From Paraspadella gotoi (taxonomy: Eukaryota; Animalia; Chaetognatha): a DNA stretch of 64,000 nt. The translations under genes were made by a program, and so were the position numbers. This document shows, piece by piece, positions 53,892 through 62,704 of the stretch (its first letter is position 1; each line of letters begins with the position of its first letter). The stretch is taken from positions 21,077,869 through 21,141,868 of the forward strand of contig CM119268.1 of assembly GCA_051294375.1 (NCBI GenBank), given 5' to 3'. Under the pieces are notes generated by a model that was not told the DNA's origin, made no database searches, and saw nothing but the letters and a program-made list of their open reading frames with translations.

Positions 53892-56800
53892 TTAACGATT
53901 GACGGTTCTGTTGTTTTTGTTGTTGTTGTTGTTGTTCTCGTCTTGTTGACGCCTGAGCATTTCTTTTAATACAACAGAGTATGTGGGGCGGTTATTGTTG
54001 TTGTTGTTGTTTGGGAGGTTCTCCGCTGAAGGCTCCGAACATCTCCACGTTGGCTCATTTTCCTCCGCGAGATTGTTGTTGTTATTCTCGGTTGAGATTA
54101 GAGGAGGTGAGCGGAGAACGGTGGGAGAAGAGGAAGAAGGGAGGAAAAAACATTGAGCGGGTGGGGTTGGGTTGGGGGAAGGTGGGGGTTGTTGGGGAGG
54201 GGGAGAGGAAGGAGGAGGAGGAAGAGGAGGAGGAGGAGGAGGAGGATGAAGCGCGGCGCGTCGAGTCGCCGATCTCGTCATTCTCGTTGTTGGAGCTGGT
54301 GCTCGCGCTCGCGGTCCTGGTTGGCGGCCTGGTGGACGCCGTGGGCGTGTCTCCGGTTCCTCAGCCTCGAGATTCTCCTCGTCGATCCAAGCTGGTTTGA
54401 CACGAGAGATGTTGACAGTTTCTCTGCCTGTGCTAGGGATGTCAATCGTCATGTTTAGACCGTTTCGACTGATCACTCGATATGGTCCTTCGTACGGAGG
54501 TGTCAGCATCGGGCGCACACCTAAACGTCGTACAAAAACATATTGTGCTGATTCGNNNNNNNNNNGGAGATGCACTGTCGGTTGATGATGTGCTGAAGTT
54601 GCTGTAGGTTGGAGACGAGCGACTTCCACTCGTAATGATGATAGTTGTTTCTGGCGTTGGCGCTGGAGATTTTGGTCGTCGATTTGGTTGTCGCCGAGTA
54701 TATTACCGGGGACACTTATTCCTTCTCCAAAGACCATGTCGGCGGCTGAGGCGCCGATGTCCTCTTTCACTGTCGTTCGGATAGCAAGGAGTGTCAGAGG
54801 AAGTTTCCAAAACCAGTTTTCTTTTTCTTCCCTCGCCAATGCGATTAGAGATTCCTTAAGTCGCCTGTGAAATCTTTCTACCAGGCCATTGGCCTGGGGG
54901 TGGTAGGCGGTAGTCATTTGGTGCTTAATGCCCCATTGTCGGGTGAGTTGTCGCCATAGTGCCGAATTGAACTGTGTCCCCCGGTCGGTTGTGATGACTG
55001 CTGGAGTTCCGAAAATGCTTATCCAGTTATGACTGAGTGCATCAANNNNNNNNNNTGTTAACGTATCTTTTAACGGGATCGCTGCAGGCCATCTGGAAAA
55101 CCTGTCGACAATCGTGAGGAGGTGTTTATACTCGTTTGAGTTTGGCATCTTGACGAGATCCAAGTTTACATGCTGAAACCTCCTTGGGGGAATCTTAAAT
55201 TCGCCAATTTCGGGAACGACGTGTCGAGTGACTTTTGCTCTTTGACAGGCAGTACAATCTCGCGCCCACTTTGTTACCTCTTGCCTCATGTTCGTCCATA
55301 CGAATTTTGAGGCCACGGCCTTTCGAGTTGCCTCGACGCCAGGGTGGCCTAGGCCGTGTATGACGTCGAAAATTCTTTTTCGCCATGCTGCAGGTACGAA
55401 TGGGCGGGCTGGGCCGTTTGACACGTCTACCAGTAGTTGCTCTTCGCCGACTTGAATTCTCCGGAAAGTTAAGCCTGATCGCGNNNNNNNNNNGATTTTT
55501 TGGAAGTCCGGATCAAGGCTCTGCTCTCGAGCCATCTGCTCGAAATCAATCTCAAACGTTGTTAGTGAAGCAATGACCGCTTGAGCATCCTCGAGACGAT
55601 CTGGCTTGATCGGTTTCGCCGCTTTTTCTGCAAGTCCTTCATTGGCTTGGGCGGGTGTGGTCGAGGTTGCTGAGTTGATCTGCGCAGCGTTTGGCTGTTG
55701 TGGAGTTGCTGTTGTTGCCGACGAGGTTTCATTGGACTTTGCCGCATTTTCTGCAAGTGGCTCGAGGACTTGGGCGGCTGTGGTCGCATTGATTGTCGTC
55801 GTTTTTGGTTTGATTGAGGCGTCAAGAGTCTGCTGCGGAGTTGCTGCGGCTGCTGGTGGCATGTTGGGGCGAGACAAGGCGTCCGCTACGACGTTCGCCT
55901 TTCCTTTGAGATATCTTATATCTGTTGAAAACTCGGCAATAACTGATAGCTGGTAGGCTTGGCGGGCCGTTTGTGGTTCCGCTTTTTTCTTCAAGGCCGG
56001 GATGAGGCTTTGATGGTCCGTGTAGATGGTGAAACTACGCCCTTCTATCCAGTGACGGAAGTGTCTCACTGCACGGAAAACGCCAAACAGTTCGCGGTCG
56101 AATGGTGGCCAAAGTTTTTGGTTTTTAGCCAATTTAGCCGAAAAAAAGGCCAATGGCTCCCACCCCTTCGGTCCGCGCTGCTCCAGCACTGCGCCGACCG
56201 CATGGTCTGATGCATCAGTCGTGATGCATAGCTGGGAGCCAGTTCTTGGGTGATGGAGGAGAGCTGCTTGTATCAAGCCCTGCTTGATCGAGTCGAAAGC
56301 CTTTTCACATTCGTTGGTCCAGTTCAAAGCCTTTGGTTTTCCGCTTAAAGCTTCGTAGAGCGGAGCACAGTGATGAGCGACTTTGGGAACGAATCTACGA
56401 TAATAGTTTATCATTCCCAGGAACCTTTGGAGTTCCTTGATTGTCGTGGGTCTCGTGGTTTCACGCAGGGTCTGGACTCGCTCGGGCAATGGACGCACTC
56501 CGTCTTTGTCGACGAGAAATCCTAGAAACTCCAATGACTCCTGACCGAGTATACACTTCTTTGTATTTACAACTAGGCCGTTTGCGTCGAGAGTCTTGAA
56601 GACTCGTTCGAGATCCTGTAGATGCTCCTCTGGTGATGCTGAAGCCACCAAAATATCGTCGAGATATACGAAGGTGTGGGGTATATCCCCGAGAATCTCG
56701 TCCATGAGGCGTTGAAAGTCCTGCCCCGCGTTTTTAAGCCCGAATGGACAGCGGGGAAAAACGTAGAGACCGAAGGGTGTAATCACAGCGGTCTTTTTCA

Positions 56801-57680
56801 CATCCTCCGGATTGACCGGGATTTGGTGGTAACCTTTTAATAAGTCAATTTTCGAAAAAATTGTTTTCCCCTCTAACTGGGCGTTGAAGTCGGTCAGTAG
56901 TTTCACGGGGTAGCAGTCGTCTATAGTTTGAGTGTTGAGCCGGCGGTAATCACCGCAGCAGCGCCAGCCGCCGTCAGGCTTTGCTACAACGTGCAGCGGC
57001 GATGACCACTCGGATTTTCCCCGTTTTGCGATGCCGAGTGACACCATCTTTTCAAACTCTCGCTTGGCCACCGCCAACTTCTCCGGATCGAGTCGACGAG
57101 CTCGAGACTGACATGGTCGACCCTCCGTGGGAATGGAGTGGGTGACGCCGTGCTTCGGCTCCTTGAGTTCGAAGGTTGGCGTCGAGAGTGAGGGAAAGGA
57201 CTCCAGCAGCTTATAATATTTCTCGCCTTTACGGTCGATGAAATTTACGTGAGTCGTGGCTCCTGTGGAAGTTGATGCCGCTATGGTCGAGAAATCTTGG
57301 AGATCCATGAGCAAACCGTCCCGATGATTTGGAGCTAGGTAGTTCTCTGCAAGGAAATCGGCGCCGAGTATATGCTGGGTGACGTCGGCCACGACAAACT
57401 CGTATTCAAATCGGCGTTTTCCAAGAGTGACGGTTTTATTGATCGTACCATAGCAACTGATCGGCGAGCCGTTTGCCGCCTGGAGCTTCATTTCCGGATT
57501 GGGGCCACGTTGACGCTGCTCTCGAGTAGGGGGAATTATAGACAAAAAGGCGCCACCGTCCACCAGCCACTTGACTCTGCTCTCGGAGTCGCGAATGTGT
57601 AAGAGATCACTTGATGCTGGTGAGCGCGATTGTTCTTGGGGGACGGCGTTCACCGCCGGCGCCCCCCTTTTTCGTTTCCC
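53892..57680 (-). CDS. pol: Pol polyprotein (aspartic protease, reverse transcriptase, RNase H, integrase), entered by -1 frameshift
   Basis: WLVDGGA (PR); DYRRLN, IDLLKGYHQI, PFGLKNA, YLDDIL (RT); TDASD, RELFG, TDHQSL, NVVADALSR (RH); HGLGH..CTAC, DLV..TDRG..GLVERFHR, GPY (IN). Confidence 0.96.
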   Translation of the reverse strand, partial: GKRKRGAPAVNAVPQEQSRSPASSDLLHIRDSESRVKWLVDGGAFLSIIPPTREQRQRGPNPEMKLQAANGSPISCYGTINKTVTLGKRRFEYEFVVADVTQHILGADFLAENYLAPNHRDGLLMDLQDFSTIAASTSTGATTHVNFIDRKGEKYYKLLESFPSLSTPTFELKEPKHGVTHSIPTEGRPCQSRARRLDPEKLAVAKREFEKMVSLGIAKRGKSEWSSPLHVVAKPDGGWRCCGDYRRLNTQTIDDCYPVKLLTDFNAQLEGKTIFSKIDLLKGYHQIPVNPEDVKKTAVITPFGLYVFPRCPFGLKNAGQDFQRLMDEILGDIPHTFVYLDDILVASASPEEHLQDLERVFKTLDANGLVVNTKKCILGQESLEFLGFLVDKDGVRPLPERVQTLRETTRPTTIKELQRFLGMINYYRRFVPKVAHHCAPLYEALSGKPKALNWTNECEKAFDSIKQGLIQAALLHHPRTGSQLCITTDASDHAVGAVLEQRGPKGWEPLAFFSAKLAKNQKLWPPFDRELFGVFRAVRHFRHWIEGRSFTIYTDHQSLIPALKKKAEPQTARQAYQLSVIAEFSTDIRYLKGKANVVADALSRPNMPPAAAATPQQTLDASIKPKTTTINATTAAQVLEPLAENAAKSNETSSATTATPQQPNAAQINSATSTTPAQANEGLAEKAAKPIKPDRLEDAQAVIASLTTFEIDFEQMAREQSLDPDFQKIXXXXRSGLTFRRIQVGEEQLLVDVSNGPARPFVPAAWRKRIFDVIHGLGHPGVEATRKAVASKFVWTNMRQEVTKWARDCTACQRAKVTRHVVPEIGEFKIPPRRFQHVNLDLVKMPNSNEYKHLLTIVDRFSRWPAAIPLKDTLTXXXXDALSHNWISIFGTPAVITTDRGTQFNSALWRQLTRQWGIKHQMTTAYHPQANGLVERFHRRLKESLIALAREEKENWFWKLPLTLLAIRTTVKEDIGASAADMVFGEGISVPGNILGDNQIDDQNLQRQRQKQLSSLRVEVARLQPTATSAHHQPTVHLXXXXESAQYVFVRRLGVRPMLTPPYEGPYRVISRNGLNMTIDIPSTGRETVNISRVKPAWIDEENLEAEEPETRPRRPPGRQPGPRARAPAPTTRMTRSATRRAALHPPPPPPPLPPPPSSPPPQQPPPSPNPTPPAQCFFLPSSSSPTVLRSPPLISTENNNNNLAEENEPTWRCSEPSAENLPNNNNNNNRPTYSVVLKEMLRRQQDENNNNNNKNNRTVNR
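57638..57680 (-). promoter_or_regulatory. Programmed -1 ribosomal frameshift signal
   Basis: Slippery heptamer G GGA AAC (57674-57680) in the gag frame, 6-nt spacer, then stem-loop GGGGGGCGCCGGCGGTGAACGCCGTCCCCC. The -1 frame reads into the pol ORF. Confidence 0.85.
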
Positions 57681-58744
57681 TTTTCGGCGTCACGGCGTCG
57701 CTGGGTCTCGTCAAATTTGGCGCAGCCTGGCTCGCATGACCAGGCATCGTCTCCGAACCTGACATGCTTGCTACAAAGGGTAAGCAGCTTGCTTCTCCCT
57801 TTTCCTTTCGCCGGTCGGTCGGTCGGTCGTTTTTTCCCTTTTGCGTTTTTTCTTTGGAAGGAACCGAGCGCGTTAATGGCGCTATCGTCGTCCGAATCTG
57901 ATCGTTGACGCTCTTGAAGATCTCGCTCGACGTTACTGATCAGGGAGGTCGTTTGGCGAATTTTGAGGTTCCCCTCGTTATCGAAATGTCTATCGGCGAG
58001 TTGACAAAGGTCGTGCGCAGAGAGTTCCTCGGCCTTGTCTTCAAGTTGTCGCCGAACTTCGATTGGCATTTCTCGAAGGACTTTTTCCTTCCGAACGTCG
58101 TCGATGGAGAGGGTCTTCGTTTTTTCCTCTAGTTGCGCCAATATTTTTGACGGTTTGACGCCGTCGACGTCGAGANNNNNNNNNNTTATGGCGGCCTGTT
58201 GGCGTCGAGTAAGGCCGTACTCTTTTCTCAGATATTGGAGAAACTGATTCCATGTCGTTTCGGTCGTTTCCCCAAATAAGAACTGGTTGATGGTGGGATC
58301 TACTTTTACGCCGATCTTCGATTCTAGATGAGCGAATTTTGTTTTAGGAGCGGTGATGCCGGCGCGCGTATAGGCCGCCTCGACTCTCCGGATCCAAATC
58401 TCGATGTTGGTCGTGTCGAAATCCGGTAGGTCCGGCTTCCGATTCGACGCTCTTTCTAAGGCACGAGTCGCTGCAGCCAATGCAGCGCGAAGTTCCTCAT
58501 TCTCTCCTNNNNNNNNNNTCTCGCTGGCGCCGCCGGTCGCCATGTCGGCGTCCTCGAAGCTCGCGGTGTTGATCGGCGCGAAGTTGAAAGTCTGAGCGGC
58601 GTCGGCGTAGGCTGGTGAGGTTGACCTCGAACGTCGTCCACGCCCGAAACCGAGGGGAACTTGGAGAGTGGCTGGGTCCTCGTGATGTTCGTTGGCGTCG
58701 CGTTGGGCGGAGCGGAGGGGATAGCGTTGACCGGGACCGCTCAT
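57650..58744 (-). CDS. gag: Gag protein
   Basis: First ATG at 58744 (MSGPGQRY). LPDFDTTNIEIWIRRVE..AGIT...KFAHL N-terminal block and C-X2-H-X9-C-X3-C (CSKHVRFGDDAWSCEPGC), typical of CsRn1-clade gag. Confidence 0.9.
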   Translation of the reverse strand: MSGPGQRYPLRSAQRDANEHHEDPATLQVPLGFGRGRRSRSTSPAYADAAQTFNFAPINTASFEDADMATGGASEXXXXGENEELRAALAAATRALERASNRKPDLPDFDTTNIEIWIRRVEAAYTRAGITAPKTKFAHLESKIGVKVDPTINQFLFGETTETTWNQFLQYLRKEYGLTRRQQAAIXXXXLDVDGVKPSKILAQLEEKTKTLSIDDVRKEKVLREMPIEVRRQLEDKAEELSAHDLCQLADRHFDNEGNLKIRQTTSLISNVERDLQERQRSDSDDDSAINALGSFQRKNAKGKKRPTDRPAKGKGRSKLLTLCSKHVRFGDDAWSCEPGCAKFDETQRRRDAEKGNEKGGRRR

Positions 58745-58926
58745 CGGGCCTTCCCTCTCGACGTGTAGTCGGTCGAATGATGTGGGGAGGTTGGGGCAAT
58801 TGAAAAGGTGTGAGTGGAACGGGTGAGGCTCACTTAATTTCAATTTCTCACCCGAGCTTACCTCAGAAGTGGTTTCCTTTCTTTGACGCCCCTTTTCGAA
58901 GGTTTGAAGGTTGGCTTAATGTCCGT

Positions 58927-58940
58927 CGTCGTGCTTACCA
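58927..58940 (-). promoter_or_regulatory. Primer binding site (divergent)
   Basis: TGGTAAGCACGACG begins 2 nt after the 5-prime LTR; 11/14 match to the tRNA-Trp complement TGGTGACCCCGACG. Confidence 0.6.
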
Positions 58941-58942
58941 AG

Positions 58943-59373
58943 TGTGGCAAGGTCTCGGTGATGACACGGCGTGTCAGAGAGCTGTGACAACTGCTACGAT
59001 ATAGTCCTAAGATGTCTGCATTATAGATTCATCAGAGAATGTAGTTCAGTGCAGGGAAAGTATATCGTTGATTGAAGAATTGATTTGTATTATTTACTGA
59101 TTGGTTGATCAATCATTATTTGAAGAAGTTTTTTCTCTCTTGCTCAATGTACACTTTACATTAAGAGATGATGAATAAAAACGTGGTGAATAATATTGAG
59201 ACAAGTTTATTCATGCCAGGACAAAATCAGTCTGAACAGCTTCAGAAAACAATCAGTAAAAGTAGACAATCAATAAACAAAATCCAATCAGGTGAAGCCT
59301 CTTCAGGTGAACCATTTGAAATCATTTGGAAACAAAAGTCTTGAAATTATCAAGCTTGCTTGAGGTGGCTACA
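58943..59373 (-). repeat. 5-prime LTR
   Basis: Direct repeat of 53217-53645. Confidence 0.95.
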
Positions 59374-60202
59374 CATATACATAGTAGTAATCATTTCGGT
59401 CGATGACTCAGAAATTTCCCTCAAATGTTTCCCCAGCCGTGTCCGTTCTACTTCTAAATCCGATTAGTTAATTTCTTAATTCAATAATTTATCTTGATTT
59501 CCCTCGAAATTCCATTTCATCGCAATTAAAGCTAAAAGTCGAAAAAGCGATCGTCCTTGTTGTGTTGTTGTCGTTTTTAGAATTATAATGTTTTTGTTTC
59601 GCTACGAATATATGATGTAAGCAGGCCATCGCATCTTTTCCATTTCGTTGTGGAAGCAGCCTAAATATTCACAATTCATCACCAACTCAAAACCTCTCCT
59701 CCTCTTTCTCTCCTCCACTTCTCCTGGATCAAGAGACCCTGAGATATTCGTTAGATTTGAAGGATCGCAGTCCATCAGTTCGTATCTAACACCGCCTCAC
59801 CGCCTTCCGCGCGACCGCCTGACCGCCTGGGGGAAGCGCTGGTCGGACGATAGGGACCGAGAAAAACATGACCGTTTAACTAGAAAACTCCGCGGAGGGG
59901 GGGCAGGGGGGTGGAAGAGAATTGGTGTGAGCGGCTTGGGGAAAAGGGGCGAGGTTGCGGATTAGGATAGTGTGAGATATGGGAAAGAAGAGGATAAGGA
60001 TTGGGACCGGATCAGCAGAAGACAGTGGCAGGACAAATATTATGAGTATATTGTAAAATACAGTTATATAATTATAGTAGAGTATAGAAGGATTTGATGT
60101 TAGAATAAGAGAAAGTAAAGTAGGTAAAAAAAATGACATGATTGAGAGAGATGGGTGAGGGCATAGAGATATCAAAGGGAGAGAGAGAGAGAGAGAGATG
60201 AG

Positions 60203-60251
<49 letters not shown>

Positions 60252-60516
60252 CGGAGGTGAAAAATATGCCGTTTTAGAAATGAATTATGAGGGTGGAAGA
60301 GAAAGGATGAATTTCGGTGCTGAGACACAAATGTTATTTTATATTATATCGATTCAGTTATTTATGAAATAGAAAACATGAAATTAATTTAAATTTATAT
60401 GAAATAAACTTAGATCCGAAGTAAAAAATATTATAAAATTTTCGGAAAAGGAATAAAATAAAAACTATAATTTAGAAAAAAATTAGCGAGGTGAGGTAAA
60501 AGAAATAACAATCATA

Positions 60517-60818
60517 TATTTTGATGCTAGTGCGGAGTACAATAAGTATTCCCCGATCTAATACTTAAGGGAGTGGTCTTTTCATACAATTGAAACATTC
60601 TTTGAAATATTTTCCACTTCATTGATAGGGAAGCCAGGTACTCTGGGAGTGAATAAACGGGACTGTGAGATTGAAAGCTTGCAGGGACCTGCTATGTAAT
60701 TATCTTGTAAGAGTGATGGAGGCCTTAAACCACCAAAGCCTGTCCAAAGTCAGGGGCAAGATAGCTTATTTATTAAATGAATGGATAATTTTTATATTGG
60801 TTTTACCAATTTCATAAT
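60517..60818 (-). repeat. Single inverted copy of the ~325-bp repeat unit
   Basis: Reverse complement of the unit at 63027-63340. Confidence 0.92.
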
Positions 60819-61041
60819 ATTCATCAGGAATATATGTATGAAAATCTATCAATAGATATTTAATCATTTTCACCTTCTCTGATCTGAGTTTCTCAAATAA
60901 ACGAAACATCCCTAATTTTCATATCAATATAACTATCACTTATATTTATTAAACGAACAAATAACATTTTCTTTTCATCTTTATTATAACAATAACTTAA
61001 ATTGTTAGAATTTACTTCGAAACAAAAGACAAACGCATCGA

Positions 61042-61157
61042 TCATTCGATAGCGAAGACGACGACGACGACGAAGACGATGACGCCGACGATGGATGCGA
61101 CGTTAAGAAATGATCCGTTGCACAAATGTCTCTTGTTGCAGTAACACCTTTCTTCCT
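61042..61157 (-). CDS. Last exon of Ly6/three-finger (Quiver/Sleepless-like) GPI-type protein
   Basis: Acceptor tttttaattaccag|; EERCYCNKRHLCNGSFLNVASIVGVIVFVVVVVFAIE* has the CxC...CN motif and a hydrophobic C-terminal tail; AATAAA about 60 nt downstream. Confidence 0.85.
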
Positions 61158-61305
61158 CTGGTAATTAAAAAGACAATATACATAAGAACATTTTATTAAA
61201 TAGTATTTCTGACATTTCGTGTTAAGTTATAAATAATTAGGCCAATTGGGTTGGAGTTATTGATTATTATTATTTATTAAAAAAAATTGAAAATTTTGTT
61301 CGAAC

Positions 61306-61498
61306 CTTCTTCGCCAATGAACATATCTTTGTGAACTTTTACGCAATCCATGAACAAAGTCTTGACGCATCCAGTTAATTTGGTCACGTGAGCTGTGGCT
61401 CCCATGACTTTGTCGTGAGTCGTGACGCGACCACAGGCATACTGTGAACAAATTTGGCATGCGTTATGACCTTTGGTATGGGTACGTGAACTGTCTGT
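61306..61498 (-). CDS. Middle exon of the Ly6/three-finger gene
   Basis: 193-bp open frame TDSSRTHTKGHNACQICSQYACGRVTT...TGCVKTLFMDCVKVHKDMFIGEE with 5 Cys. Phases 0 and 1 fit both neighbours. Splice sites are weak (ttaacag| and G|gttcga). Confidence 0.72.
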
Positions 61499-61869
61499 CT
61501 GTTAATTTTCTTATTACTCTTTTAGTTAAATATTTATCTTGCATAATTATTTTGACGTTCTTTTATCATTCGTATGAAATGTAATAATTTTTATTCATAT
61601 AAATTTTCACTTACATGATAAAAGGAAAAACGTTGAAAAGAGGACAAATGATTTCCTTGACAAGTTGATACGTTGACCCAGTTGCTGTTATGCACCTAAT
61701 TTAGCAAATTAGTTTAGCCGGTGACTGTTGAATATTTCTTGAAACGCTTAAAATTTATGATGTCTATAATTAAATGAAATGTTAATGGCGTTTAAAATAA
61801 CGAATTAATATGAAAATCTCAATCAACCGTAGAAAACTTAGTGACATTTTCAGGAATCATAACAAGCTA

Positions 61870-62332
61870 AGAACAAAGCAAAGACCAATCAAGACCAAGC
61901 AAATCAAGCAAAGACAAAGCAAAACCAAGCAAAAACGGACAATCAAAGACCAATGCAAAGACAAATCAAAGATCCAAGTCAAGACCAATCAAAGACAGCA
62001 AAGACAATCAAAACAATCAAAGACCGACAAAGACCAAGAAGAGACCAATCAACGACCAAGCAAGACCAAGCAAAGACCAAGCAAAAACCAAGCAAAGACC
62101 AAGCAAAGTCCAAAATGCAAAGACCAAGCAAAGACAATCAAATACCATATAAAGACCAATAAAGACAAGCAATAACCAATCAAAAACAAGCACAGAACCA
62201 ATCAAAGACATGCAAAGTCCAATCAAAAACAATCAAAGACCAAGCAAGACCAATCAAATACCGAGCAACCAATCAAATACCGAGCAAAGACCAATCAAAG
62301 ATCAAGCAAAAATACCAAAGCAAAGACAAGCA
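61870..62332. repeat. 11-bp minisatellite (aagaccaakca)n in intron 1 of the Ly6 gene
   Basis: Dozens of degenerate units. Confidence 0.9.
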
Positions 62333-62343
62333 ATGAGACTCAC

Positions 62344-62493
62344 GTGACACTTTTTATCTCCCCCGGGTCCATAGCATTTGAGTCCATTGTAAATGTCGCT
62401 TTCTCAAATTTGGTCTTCTCGGCACGAGTTCTTCGCAGACGAGACAAGGGTGGCGACCAACAAAATCATCGACAACGCTATCTGCGTGGCCAT
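62344..62493 (-). CDS. First coding exon of the Ly6/three-finger gene (signal peptide; in-frame TGA at 62404-62406)
   Basis: MATQIALSMILLVATLVSSA is signal-like, followed by KNSCREDQI*ESDIYNGLKCYGPGGDKKCH. LKCY is the usual start of an LU domain. Donor CAC|gtgagt. Confidence 0.7.
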
Positions 62494-62704
62494 TGATGCA
62501 GTGCAAAGGGGGTCATTGGAGGCGTTGCAGGTGGCGTTGAAAATGGCGTAGTTGATGGCAATGGATGTGACGTTTATTATGGCGTTTTTGTCTTTGTTAA
62601 CTTTGATGACTAAGAGTCCAAAGAAAATATTTTTCTTTGCCAAAAACCATTTTAGGAACTAAAACGGTTTAGGTTATATTTTATTATATTATATATATTA
62701 TATT

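Larger units (their letters stand above)
53217..59373 (-). mobile_element. Full-length Ty3/Gypsy LTR retrotransposon, CsRn1/Kabuki-like clade
   Basis: Two near-identical ~430-bp LTRs with TG..CA ends, PBS, gag with CHCC motif, pol in PR-RT-RH-IN order, PPT. Confidence 0.95.

Noticed and set aside
61810-62175. Lys/Gln/Thr-rich 121-aa ORF
   Set aside because: It is the translation of an 11-bp intronic minisatellite.
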